A stretch of DNA of 57,563 nucleotides from Bacillales bacterium (lineage in GTDB: Bacteria > Bacillota > Bacilli > JARBTR01), in the NCBI GenBank assembly GCA_031554275.1, contig JAVBKB010000018.1, forward strand, positions 1 to 57,563. Reading direction: 5' to 3'. Positions 19,717 to 28,797 of the stretch are shown in pieces (positions within the stretch are counted from its first letter, which is position 1; the number at the start of each line of letters is the position of its first letter). The position numbers and the translations under genes were made by a program. Below the pieces are notes generated by a model. The model made no database searches and was not told the DNA's origin. It was given only the letters and a program-made list of their open reading frames with translations.

Positions 19717-20207
19717 TGAGTAAATCAACCAAATTAAAGAATGAAGCTCGATTCATTATTGCTTCAAGCGTCTATCTATTCACTTTTCTAGCAATTGTTA
19801 ATTACATTCATTCTGATTATCCCTGGATTCTTTTCTGCATTCCTGTTCTAATTATTGCGCCACTTGCTGTTGCAAAGCCAAGGAGGTTTGCCGACCTTGA
19901 TTTTGCGTGGAAGCTTTGGTTTTCCGTCAGTCTCTACTATTTAATCTTAAATCTCGTCCTTAACCATTTATTTATGTGGGCAATAATTGTTTCATTTGTT
20001 GTTCTTTGGTACCCATTCTCACTATTTTTCGGTAAAAGACATCAGTATTTCGCTTTCTCTATCTTTGGATTAGTTTGGGCAGCATGTTTTTTTACAACAC
20101 TCAATTTAATGACCACGCCCCACGAAATCTGGGCAATCTATCCTATTTTCGCTATGATTTGGTGGCCGCTCCCATTGTATTTTTTTAAGTATAAAAGGGT
20201 TGATTAA
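19716..20207 (+). CDS. Membrane protein composed of repeated 2TM modules
   Basis: Start moved to MSKSTKL. Its ATG overlaps the preceding stop (TAATG). The C-terminal module IWAIYPIFAMIWWPLPLYFFKYKR mirrors that of the upstream gene. Confidence 0.65.
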   Translation: MSKSTKLKNEARFIIASSVYLFTFLAIVNYIHSDYPWILFCIPVLIIAPLAVAKPRRFADLDFAWKLWFSVSLYYLILNLVLNHLFMWAIIVSFVVLWYPFSLFFGKRHQYFAFSIFGLVWAACFFTTLNLMTTPHEIWAIYPIFAMIWWPLPLYFFKYKRVD

Positions 20208-20266
20208 CCCAAGTGTAGATTCTGTTCCTTGAAAAAATAGTTCCGAAACTTGTTGAGCGAAAAATA

Positions 20267-20326
20267 TAAAAAGCCTGAATACTTGTCCTCTTTGATTGAA
20301 ACAAGAGTCAACTATTCAGGCTTTTT
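20267..20326. terminator. Bidirectional terminator between convergent genes
   Basis: AAAAAGCCTGAATA...TATTCAGGCTTTTT with an inner CTTGT/ACAAG stem. Confidence 0.6.
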
Positions 20327-20328
20327 CA

Positions 20329-20532
20329 TTACTCAATTTTCGACTCATCATCATCGGCGCTTTTTCCCTTACTTGCTTGATAATGAAAGAATGATTGGAA
20401 CACCAACGTCAGCAGGATCATTGTGTTATCAATCCCTAATTTCCCGCTAACCGCTAGATACGCAAACACACCAACAGCAATGATTGATATGATACTTTTG
20501 ACATCAAGTAACTTGATTAGCTTCTTTCGCAT
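20329..20532 (-). CDS. Small two-TM membrane protein with an acidic tail, function unknown
   Basis: 67-aa ORF with two hydrophobic segments. No family recognised. Confidence 0.4.
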   Translation of the reverse strand: MRKKLIKLLDVKSIISIIAVGVFAYLAVSGKLGIDNTMILLTLVFQSFFHYQASKGKSADDDESKIE

Positions 20533-20637
20533 TTTCTCCGCCTCGTTTTCATTGCAGACTTCTACAATGTCATTCTATGAAAACGTTTAGTAGTTGGCGC
20601 GGCTACTTGCCTAGAGACCTATGTGATATTTTCAATA

Positions 20638-21474
20638 CTATTCCTCTACCTGCTGAAGCTCTATTATTTCCTTCCCCGACTCGACAAACTTTGTAATTTG
20701 ATCCATTGGATATCCCTTACGAAAGAGCGCTGTCTTCATTTTCTGATTGTATTCATAGCCCTCCACCGTGCGGTATTTCCGGTGCAGCTTATAACCCTCC
20801 GTACATAAATTTCGCCATTCATCTGAATCGTCCACAACATTAACAGCTTGGATCGCTTTACGAGCAATTTCCAGTGTAAAACCTTTTCGCATCAATGTCT
20901 GTAGTGTTTTTTGGATTGCCGTTTTGCTTGAGTGTTTTTGTTTTGCTAGTGTCTTTTCAGCTAGCTTCATTGCATTCGTCTGTTGCGTGGCCTGTGGATA
21001 CTCTTGCATCGCTTCTTCTTGCAATAAGGGCGAAATACCTCGTTTTGTCAGCTCACTTTTGATGACTACTGGTCCTTTGCCTGAAAGATTCATTTCATTG
21101 CGCACATATGCTTGGGCAAACTTTAAATCATCTAAATAGCCGAAATCTAGCAACTGCTTCAAAACCGCTTCAATCGTGTTCGAATCATATTCTTTCTCCC
21201 TTAAATGATCATGAACCTCTTTCATCGAGCGCATTCGAAATGACAAGTAATGGATGGCGGCCTGTAGCGCCTTACTAACTTGATCATCATGCTGGAGCTT
21301 CGCTATTTCTTCTTCTGTCAATACCATTCCTCTAGATAAATTGAAACGAATAAAGGTATCCTCAGAGACACCAAATGCGAATGAAACTTGACCATCTTGC
21401 TCCAAATAAATGTTATAGCGATTCTGATTCTTTTTCTGTTGTTCAATCTTCGCAATAATTGGCATAATCGACAC
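20638..21474 (-). CDS. recX: Recombination regulator RecX
   Basis: 278 aa. N-terminal YIYLEQ-type wHTH region, then three-helix repeats (ALQAAIHYLSFRMRSMKEVHDHLREKEY; LDDLKFAQAYVRNEM) typical of long Firmicute RecX. Confidence 0.8.
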   Translation of the reverse strand: MSIMPIIAKIEQQKKNQNRYNIYLEQDGQVSFAFGVSEDTFIRFNLSRGMVLTEEEIAKLQHDDQVSKALQAAIHYLSFRMRSMKEVHDHLREKEYDSNTIEAVLKQLLDFGYLDDLKFAQAYVRNEMNLSGKGPVVIKSELTKRGISPLLQEEAMQEYPQATQQTNAMKLAEKTLAKQKHSSKTAIQKTLQTLMRKGFTLEIARKAIQAVNVVDDSDEWRNLCTEGYKLHRKYRTVEGYEYNQKMKTALFRKGYPMDQITKFVESGKEIIELQQVEE

Positions 21475-21603
21475 TTTCCTTCACTTGTTTAACCAACAAC
21501 AATATAGAATATTTAAAAAAAAGCCTCAAAAACCTAGCATAAGAGTAGATTTCTTAGACTTTACAATATCATTAGTTGTAGATAGAGAAAATTACTGTTC
21601 ATC

Positions 21604-21996
21604 TTAAGAGCTGGCAATATAAGAGGCAATTCCAAGAAGGAAAAAAATAATACCAAAATTTTTAATCGGAATCCAAAAAAAAGTGTCCTTAACATATTTT
21701 GCGTATTGCTCTCCTGTTTTCATATTGGTGAAGTATTTTACTAAGTGTTTTTTCTCTTTACCAGTTGAATCATTCGTCAATACAATTTCTTCGCAAGTTG
21801 AACTTCTATACTTTTTCACAAAAAAGTCTACTACTAAGCATAGGATTGCCGCAGTCCAATAAAGTGAAAGTGCTCTGTTTGCGCTTATAATAATAAAATT
21901 TTGAATTGGATACGCTAAAAAAAGTGTTACTGGTACTAAAAAGCCCATCCCTTGCCAAAAAATCATAATACCCCACCTTATCGACATCATTTGCAT
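21604..21996 (-). CDS. Hypothetical membrane protein
   Basis: 130-aa ORF with 3-4 hydrophobic helices. No family recognised. Confidence 0.4.
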   Translation of the reverse strand: MQMMSIRWGIMIFWQGMGFLVPVTLFLAYPIQNFIIISANRALSLYWTAAILCLVVDFFVKKYRSSTCEEIVLTNDSTGKEKKHLVKYFTNMKTGEQYAKYVKDTFFWIPIKNFGIIFFLLGIASYIASS

Positions 21997-22382
21997 CTAT
22001 ATGTTACTTGTCGAATACGCACAAGTCAATATACGTAATTATCCTCAAACAGCAAAAACGCCTTGAAATTTGTTTAATCGCGATTTACAAAGTGATATCA
22101 TGTCAATAATCAGTGGAAAATGTCGCCATGAACATTGTTCGAAAGTAACTATCAAAGCAGTTAGTTTTGAAATTGAATTTTTTAATTAAAGTGGTGATAC
22201 TTCATTGTAGATTTGTTGATCGAAGGACTAGAACGCCAAGGGGTGTTCTTGCTGGGTTCTTTACGATGAGAATAAATCTCCTCACCACAAGACAAGTGTT
22301 TCAATAATTGTTATACTAGATGAAATCTGTCGTTCAAAAACAGATATCATCTTTTTCGTTACATAAAGTGAGGATCTATACA

Positions 22383-23939
22383 ATGAGTGTATTGAATGTG
22401 CAAAATCTAAGTCATGGATTTGGTGACCGAGCGATTTTTAATAATGTGTCTTTTCGCCTACTTAAAGGTGAACATGTTGGTTTAATTGGCGCTAATGGCG
22501 AGGGAAAATCAACTTTTATGAATATTATCACTGGAACGTTGCTGCCTGATGAGGGCAAAATCGAGTGGTCTAGGAAAGTGCGTGTTGGTTATCTAGATCA
22601 GCATGCTGTGCTGCAAAAAGGGCAAACCATTCGTGATGTGCTTTCAAGTGCTTTTCAATATCTATTCGATATTGAGGCTGAAATAGGTGAGCTCTATGCC
22701 AAAATGGCAGATATTTCACCTGATGTGCTGGATAAGTTGCTGGCAGATGTCGGTGAATTGCAAGAAACGCTTGATCACAATGACTTCTATCAAATCAATA
22801 CAAAAGTCGAGGAAGTAGGCCGTGGTCTGGGACTTGATGAGGTTGGTTTTGATCGTGATGTCGATGATCTGAGTGGCGGACAGCGAACAAAGGTACTTCT
22901 GGCGAAATTATTGCTAGAGAAACCTGAGATTCTTATGCTGGACGAGCCTACCAACTTCTTGGATGAGCAACATATTGAGTGGTTGAAGCGTTTTCTGCAG
23001 GAATATGAGAATGCCTTTATATTGATCTCACATGACATTCCATTTCTGAACTCAGTTGTTAACATCATTTATCATATGGAGAATCAGCTGTTTGATCGCT
23101 ATGTTGGTGATCACAATAGCTTCTTAGCTGCCTATGAAATGAAAAAGCTACAATTAGAATCTGCATATAAGAGTCAGCAGCAAGAAATTGCTGGTTTAAA
23201 GGATTTCGTTGCCCGAAACAAAGCAAGGGCATCAACCCGGAATATGGCAATGTCTCGTCAAAAGAAGCTTGATAAGATTGAAGTAATTGAGTTGGCAAAG
23301 ACAAAACCAAAGCCACAGTTTAATTTCAAGGAAGCAAGAACACCTAGTCGAACAATTTTCGAGACCAAAAAGCTAGTGATTGGTTATAAAGAACCACTTT
23401 CTCGGCCGCTTGATTTGATCATGGAGCGTGGTCAAAAGATTGCTTTTGTAGGGGCAAACGGGATTGGGAAAACAACCTTATTGCGCAGTATCCTTGGTGA
23501 AATCAAACCAATTTCCGGTAGTGTTGAACTTGGCGAGAACTTGCATATGGGTTACTTCGAGCAAGAGGTGAAGGGTTCAAATCGCAATACGTGTTTAGAA
23601 GAGATTTGGAACACCTTCCCAGCATTGAATCAAGCTGAGGTGCGAGCTGTCCTTGCTAAATGTGGGTTGACCACCAAGCATATTGAAAGCAAAATAGACG
23701 TGCTAAGTGGTGGTGAGAAAGCTAAAGTACGGCTTTGCAAACTGATAAATATAGAAAGCAATTTGTTAGTTCTAGATGAGCCAACGAACCATCTTGATGT
23801 CGATGCAAAGGAAGAGCTTAAGCGCGCATTGATTGCCTACAAAGGCAGTATCCTTTTGATTTCACACGAACCCGAATTCTATCGCGACATTGTGCAAGAG
23901 GTTTGGAACTGTGAGAACTGGACAACCAAGGTATTTTAA
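22383..23939 (+). CDS. ABC-F family ATPase (two NBDs, short linker; translation-factor type, YfmM-like size)
   Basis: Start moved to MSVLNVQNLSHGFG (RBS AGGA). Two Walker A motifs (GANGEGKST, GANGIGKTT). Two signature motifs (LSGGQRTK, LSGGEKAK). No transmembrane domain. Confidence 0.9.
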   Translation: MSVLNVQNLSHGFGDRAIFNNVSFRLLKGEHVGLIGANGEGKSTFMNIITGTLLPDEGKIEWSRKVRVGYLDQHAVLQKGQTIRDVLSSAFQYLFDIEAEIGELYAKMADISPDVLDKLLADVGELQETLDHNDFYQINTKVEEVGRGLGLDEVGFDRDVDDLSGGQRTKVLLAKLLLEKPEILMLDEPTNFLDEQHIEWLKRFLQEYENAFILISHDIPFLNSVVNIIYHMENQLFDRYVGDHNSFLAAYEMKKLQLESAYKSQQQEIAGLKDFVARNKARASTRNMAMSRQKKLDKIEVIELAKTKPKPQFNFKEARTPSRTIFETKKLVIGYKEPLSRPLDLIMERGQKIAFVGANGIGKTTLLRSILGEIKPISGSVELGENLHMGYFEQEVKGSNRNTCLEEIWNTFPALNQAEVRAVLAKCGLTTKHIESKIDVLSGGEKAKVRLCKLINIESNLLVLDEPTNHLDVDAKEELKRALIAYKGSILLISHEPEFYRDIVQEVWNCENWTTKVF

Positions 23940-23969
23940 GTAGCTAACCAACAAAAGAGGCGAAAAAAG

Positions 23970-24342
23970 ATGCATTTGATGACTTTCTTAGATACAAATA
24001 GAAAGTGGGCCAAGAAGTCACATCTGATTGAAAATCTTGAACAAAAATACCGAGATTACAGCAATAAAGAACTAAAGCAATGTACTGAAACTTTTAAAAA
24101 TAGTATTCAAAAAGGTGGAAATCTTGATTCCATCCTAGTTGATGCTTTTGCAGTTGTTAGAGAAGCAGCCCAAAGAGTTCTTGGGCTGTTTCCATTTCCG
24201 GTCCAACTGAATGCGCTATCTGGAAAGATGTCCATGTTATAACAGTGAAAATATCTCGCTGAGCTTGATAATCGAGTCAATTGAACGAAGCGAAGTTGTT
24301 TATTTTTTAGGGATACCAAGCGAGCTGTTTTTTGGTGAATGA
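23970..24342 (+). pseudogene. Decayed secA (accessory secA-like) N-terminal remnant
   Basis: ILVDAFAVVREAAQRVLGLFPFPVQL matches SecA LLVEAFAVVREASRRVTGMFPFKVQL. It then jumps to NALSGK, skipping the Walker A region. Continuations appear in other frames: KDVHVITV (24224-24247), KYLAELD (24249-24269), YFLGI (about 24301-24315). Confidence 0.75.
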
Positions 24343-24393
24343 GTAAGAGGTACGCGTTTATTTGTCTAATCAATTAAATAGGGAGGAACTCTC

Positions 24394-24900
24394 ATGAACG
24401 ATATTATTAACAATGATGCTATACGGAAAGACACTGTGAAAAAAATTTCCCTGCTGATTTTCGGCTGGGGCTTGACCATTTTTATGGTAATGGCATTGGG
24501 TGGCTACTCTATGGACAAAAACAGAGAAAATGCTACTTTCGGTACGCTAACAGTAGTTGTCCTCCTTCTTGCAATTGGTGTCTTTATGATTTGGCACGGA
24601 TTTGGTAAAGCGAAAAGAATTCAAAGACTGAAAAGATATGAAGATATAATTGTTGAGCAAAACATCAAAGAGCTAGATGAGATTGCTAAGTGTATCGGAA
24701 GACCAATTGACTTTGTTACAAAAGATATTCAACGATTGTTGAATGAAAATTATTTTAAGGATTGCAGAATTGACTTAAAGCAAAGGATCCTTATTGTTGG
24801 GATTTCAAGAACTATTTTTTGTTCTAGTTGTGGGGCAAAAAATACTACCTCAAATTCAAAGTGTCGCTTTTGTGGCAGCCCACTTATTATAAGTGAATGA
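24394..24900 (+). CDS. Two-TM membrane protein with a cytoplasmic helical domain and C-terminal zinc ribbon
   Basis: Strong RBS GGGAGG. Two hydrophobic helices. C-terminal motif CSSCGAKNTTSNSKCRFCGSPL (CxxC-N10-CxxC). Confidence 0.6.
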   Translation: MNDIINNDAIRKDTVKKISLLIFGWGLTIFMVMALGGYSMDKNRENATFGTLTVVVLLLAIGVFMIWHGFGKAKRIQRLKRYEDIIVEQNIKELDEIAKCIGRPIDFVTKDIQRLLNENYFKDCRIDLKQRILIVGISRTIFCSSCGAKNTTSNSKCRFCGSPLIISE

Positions 24901-25127
24901 ATATTAGTAGCAGATTCTTTTAACAAAAACCCTATTCATGCAAATTCCACAGGAATTTGGAGACACAAAAGCCCTCAACAGATTTAACCCGGAGAATCAT
25001 TACTATAGGGGACTTTCCAGCCATCATGCTAAAGTTGGAATTACCCATGAATGATTTTCCTGCGATTAACGTAGGGTTACAACATTGTCTATCTTCTTTA
25101 AATTCTATGCAAGGTAAACTTTTATCT

Positions 25128-26024
25128 CTACAATACATACCTTCTAATCGCCTCTGCAACCCCATTTTCATCATTGCTTGTTGTCATCACATCACAGCAG
25201 GCTTTAATTTTGTCAGTTGCATTACCCATTGCAACAGATAAGCCAGCTATTTCTAACATTGATAAATCGTTGTCACTGTCCCCAATCGCCATTGTTTCCT
25301 CAATTTTGTAACCGAATTTCTGCGTATAGGTTGTTAATGCGTTGCCCTTACTTGTACCAGCGGCATTGATTTCAATGTTGTCTGTCCATGAAGTCGTGAT
25401 TCCGATTGCATCATTTTGTTCTAATGCTTTCCATACAAAGTCCATTTCTTCCTTCAACCCATTGATGCCAAATATTTTGTAGAACTCCAACTGCTCATCA
25501 TCAAGAACATCGTTGTATTCGTCAACAACCAGCAATTGCCCATTCGCTAGGCTTGTATACATGTACTTCAAAACATCTTCTGTAGAATCTTTGCGATGTG
25601 CATTCATGAGAATTTCAACCAATCTATCTTGGTGTGGCTGCTTGCGAAAATCTTTTGTGAAATTACCTTTATTTGTGTAAATTTCTATGTAAAAGTTGTT
25701 CTCTGCCATCAAACTGACTACTTTGTGCATTTCTTCCCTGCTAATGGTTCCCTTGTGAATGAGGTTACCGTCCTCATCTGTTACAATTGCACCGTTGGCA
25801 CATATTAGTCCACACGAAATCTCCCATTTAGCAAGAAATTGCTTTGCTGCTATTATCGATCGACCAGTTGCAACCAACACGTGTTTACCTGCTGCTTGCG
25901 CCTCGCAAATCGCGTTGAAGTTCTCTCGGGAAATTTCATGCTGATCATTCAGCAATGTTCCATCGATATCAGTTGCTATAACTTGAATGAATTTTTTTTC
26001 ATTTTGCAAATAGCTCGCCTCCAA
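25128..26024 (-). CDS. Cof-type HAD-IIB family hydrolase (sugar-phosphatase-like)
   Basis: Motif I VIATDIDGTLL. C-terminal AIGDSDNDLSMLEIAGLSVAMGNA. Confidence 0.85.
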   Translation of the reverse strand: MEASYLQNEKKFIQVIATDIDGTLLNDQHEISRENFNAICEAQAAGKHVLVATGRSIIAAKQFLAKWEISCGLICANGAIVTDEDGNLIHKGTISREEMHKVVSLMAENNFYIEIYTNKGNFTKDFRKQPHQDRLVEILMNAHRKDSTEDVLKYMYTSLANGQLLVVDEYNDVLDDEQLEFYKIFGINGLKEEMDFVWKALEQNDAIGITTSWTDNIEINAAGTSKGNALTTYTQKFGYKIEETMAIGDSDNDLSMLEIAGLSVAMGNATDKIKACCDVMTTSNDENGVAEAIRRYVL

Positions 26025-26136
26025 GGCTAATTGGATTTTCCGATGTTCAAGAAGTTACTTTTCGTGCAGATTCGTAACTGTTTGCACGATGAATCAATCT
26101 TGCTACACTATTATTTGTATCAACAAGAGGGATTCT

Positions 26137-26255
26137 TTATTCTTTTGATTTTTCATTTGATTTATTCTTTTGATTTATTCTTTTGATTTATTCCGCGCTC
26201 GTTCATTTGGCTTGGTCATTTGTTCATTATTAGCGCATTCATTTGATTTATTACT
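26137..26255. repeat. 13-bp tandem/degenerate repeat TC(T/A)TTTGATTTAT, about 4 tight and about 3 degenerate copies
   Basis: The TGATT core recurs at 26146, 26158, 26171 and 26184 (spacings of 12, 13 and 13 bp). Related tcatttgg / tcatttgt / tcatttgattta units continue to 26252. Confidence 0.7.
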
Positions 26256-26260
26256 TGAAA

Positions 26261-26290
26261 CAACAAAAAGCCCGTCAATTGACGAGCTTT
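26261..26290 (-). terminator. Terminator of the csp gene
   Basis: Minus strand reads AAAGCTCGTCAATTGACGGGCTTT followed by TTTGTTG. Confidence 0.7.
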
Positions 26291-26309
26291 ATCCGCTTAA
26301 ATTATATTA

Positions 26310-26507
26310 TTATAATTTGCAAACGTTTGCTGCTTGTGGTCCGCGGTTACCTTCAACGATTTCGAATTCAACTTCTTGACCTTCTTCAAGCGTTTTGAAA
26401 CCAGTTGTTTGAATTGCTGAGAAGTGTACAAATACGTCTTCGCCATCTTCACGAGCGATAAATCCGAAACCTTTTTCTGAGTTAAACCATTTTACAGTAC
26501 CTTTCAT
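26310..26507 (-). CDS. Cold-shock protein, CspA family
   Basis: [32 protein letters not shown] contains the RNP1 and RNP2 motifs. Confidence 0.95.
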   Translation of the reverse strand: MKGTVKWFNSEKGFGFIAREDGEDVFVHFSAIQTTGFKTLEEGQEVEFEIVEGNRGPQAANVCKL

Positions 26508-26713
26508 TATAGGGCCTCCTTATTTTATGAAAAATGTTGAAAAGGAGAACACCAGATCAAACTCTTTAATCGAAAGCATGTACTTACAGACCAAAAACGT
26601 TTACTGTTGTTCAAATCCTTGCCACTTCATATACTACCACACTTGCTCAGCAAATACAAATTATTTGAAAAAATTTATCTAAAATGCTGAAATCATTACC
26701 TTTTTTATGTAGG

Positions 26714-27088
26714 TTACTCGGGTTTTTCATGCATTTTGTGGTGCATGAACCCTTTATGTGGTAGTGCAAAGCCACTTTTTTCAAGATTTTTATACCATTC
26801 TTGCTTATGTGTAAGAATTTTATCTGCTGTATCTTGTGTCATGATTTTAAACTCAACGTACTTATCAAGAATTTTCTTTTCTTGAGCAAGTTTATCCTGA
26901 TACAGTTTAACAAGCTCATTTTGCTGTTCGGTCGTCAACTTGACTTCCGCTTGTGGTTTTGTAGATTCTTGCACCTCGGTTTGAGGTTTTTCGTCTGTTG
27001 CTTTGTTTTCTGCATCTGCAACGGGGGCATGAAACAAGCTAGTTGCTAGGAAACCCATTGCCATTAGTGAATAGATACTCTTTCTCAT
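26714..27088 (-). CDS. Secreted DUF2680/YckD-like protein
   Basis: Signal peptide ending VADAEN. LTTEQQNELVKLYQDKL...ILDKYVEF resembles my recollection of B. subtilis YckD. Confidence 0.6.
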   Translation of the reverse strand: MRKSIYSLMAMGFLATSLFHAPVADAENKATDEKPQTEVQESTKPQAEVKLTTEQQNELVKLYQDKLAQEKKILDKYVEFKIMTQDTADKILTHKQEWYKNLEKSGFALPHKGFMHHKMHEKPE

Positions 27089-27314
27089 CGAGACAACTCC
27101 TTTAGTTTGTGGTAAAAGCTTCCGCTCGCAAATTCAGATGTCTCACGCTTTTCTACAACGCCAAACAGCTCTATTTGCGAATTGGAATCTTTTGTCTCGA
27201 TTATTATTTGTTTTCCATATTTTTTTATGCACTATTTTTTGTGAATTTTTTTGCGTCGATCAAAATTATACCTGATTAATGGCATTATGACCATACTGAA
27301 ATCTGTTAATAGCT

Positions 27315-28433
27315 TCACTGATTAACAATTTCTAATTGCCCTTTGTATAATTGCGCTTGCAGTAATGGTTGGTCTATCTCTTTGGCAATTCGCTTCAACT
27401 CACGCACCTCACCAGGTGCAACGATAGAAATCACTATTCCTTTTGCACCTTGTCTGCCGGTCCGTCCTGATCGGTGTACATATTGTGTTGCCAAAGTAGG
27501 CACATCTATATTGATTATGAAGGGGAGCTCTACGATATCCAAACCTCTGGCTGCTACATCTGTCGCCAGTAGCAACGAATATTTTCCTGCACGAAATCCT
27601 TTAATGGCTGCCTCTCGGTCTTGCTTTTTGGTGTCACTGTGTAGGACTGCTAGGTTCACATTTTTGAAAATTAGTTTATCAGCGAACACGGACAAGTTGC
27701 CAATATCCTTGGCAAATGCAAGGGCTCGCATTCCTTTAGACTTTGCGAGTTTTTCTAATAAAGAAATTTTGTCTCTTTTATCACATATTAGATAGACATG
27801 TTGTACTTGAGACTTTAGTTCGGCAGTCTTTTCAAAAGTAATTAGTTCGGGTTCTTTCATCCATTGTTCGGCAGTTGCTTGCATTTCTTTTGAAACCGTT
27901 GCTGAAAAAAGCACAACTTGGCGATCTTTCTGTGTGCTCTTGATAATCGCAGAGATGGTTTGCAGATGTTCTTTCACAAGCAGGCAATCTCCCTCATCGA
28001 GAACTATTGTCTTCACTTCATGCATCTTCATTTTCTTTTTCTTGATCAATTCTTCAATTCGCCCAGGTGTTCCTATCACTAGCTGTGGCTTCTTCTTTAA
28101 CTTTTCCAATTGTCGATCTAGGGCCACTCCGCCGATGAAAGATGCCACTCTGACACCACCTCCGTTTGCCCATTCCCTTGCAACATCAAATATTTGCATA
28201 ACCAGCTCACGGGACGGCGCTAGCACAACCGCTTGGATACTATCGCTGTCAGATTGGATCAGTTCCAGAGCTGGAATCAGGTAGGCGAGTGTTTTACCTG
28301 TGCCAGTCGGAGATTCTGCAATGACATCTTTCCCAGCAATTATAAGTGGGATCGCTGCCTGTTGAATATCAGTTGTCTGCTCAAAACCCGCTTCTTTCCA
28401 TTCCTTTTGTAAAAATTCTTTTATAGCTAACAT
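27315..28433 (-). CDS. DEAD-box-family RNA helicase (YfmL-like size) with variant motif II, DEGD
   Basis: Motif I AESPTGTGKTLAY, motif II VLDEGD, motif III SAT, motif VI HRSGRTGRQG. Confidence 0.9.
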   Translation of the reverse strand: MLAIKEFLQKEWKEAGFEQTTDIQQAAIPLIIAGKDVIAESPTGTGKTLAYLIPALELIQSDSDSIQAVVLAPSRELVMQIFDVAREWANGGGVRVASFIGGVALDRQLEKLKKKPQLVIGTPGRIEELIKKKKMKMHEVKTIVLDEGDCLLVKEHLQTISAIIKSTQKDRQVVLFSATVSKEMQATAEQWMKEPELITFEKTAELKSQVQHVYLICDKRDKISLLEKLAKSKGMRALAFAKDIGNLSVFADKLIFKNVNLAVLHSDTKKQDREAAIKGFRAGKYSLLLATDVAARGLDIVELPFIINIDVPTLATQYVHRSGRTGRQGAKGIVISIVAPGEVRELKRIAKEIDQPLLQAQLYKGQLEIVNQ

Positions 28434-28478
28434 GAGTAAAACTCCTTAATCTTCATGGTATTATTCTATTGTCTTACT

Positions 28479-28718
28479 CTATTTTACTTTCCGTTTCTCT
28501 CTACGTATAGTGCCAGTTGACCAAGTGGACTGTTTTTGTTCCACTTGGCGGGCAATTTGCCTCTTTCTAGTAATCGTTCCCACTACTAGAAGAATTATTG
28601 CCACAAGAACAAAACCCCAAGACAATAAGTTCCCGCCTGCTTTTGGACCGAAGTGATTGGCTAATGCTAGCAGTAAATATAAATATCCAAATATTTCGAA
28701 AGTGTTAATGCTTTTCAA
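28479..28718 (-). CDS. Small two-TM membrane protein with a basic tail
   Basis: 79-aa ORF with hydrophobic helices. No family recognised. Confidence 0.4.
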   Translation of the reverse strand: MKSINTFEIFGYLYLLLALANHFGPKAGGNLLSWGFVLVAIILLVVGTITRKRQIARQVEQKQSTWSTGTIRREKRKVK

Positions 28719-28797
28719 ATAATCACTCCTATAGGATTTTTGCGGTAATTATATTATAATAAAGAGTAGAGAATAAAAAGATAAAGGAGTTTTACTC

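Noticed and set aside
21997-22382. Possible ribosome-mediated attenuator/leader upstream of the ABC-F gene, as in antibiotic-resistance ARE ABC-Fs
   Set aside because: Only short stems are present (ATCTGT/ACAGAT, AGAAC/GTTCT), without a proper T-run. The protein's inter-domain linker is short and housekeeping-like, not an extended ARE-type linker.
24932-25241. ORFs 24932-25174 (-) and 24957-25241 (+) between the zinc-ribbon gene and the HAD hydrolase
   Set aside because: They overlap each other and the 3' end of the HAD gene. They are Cys-rich and odd in composition, and they lack RBSs.
26137-26255. CRISPR array interpretation of the short tandem repeats here and at 50374-50641
   Set aside because: The periods are 13 and 19 bp with no unique spacers of 25-40 bp, and no cas genes are present.
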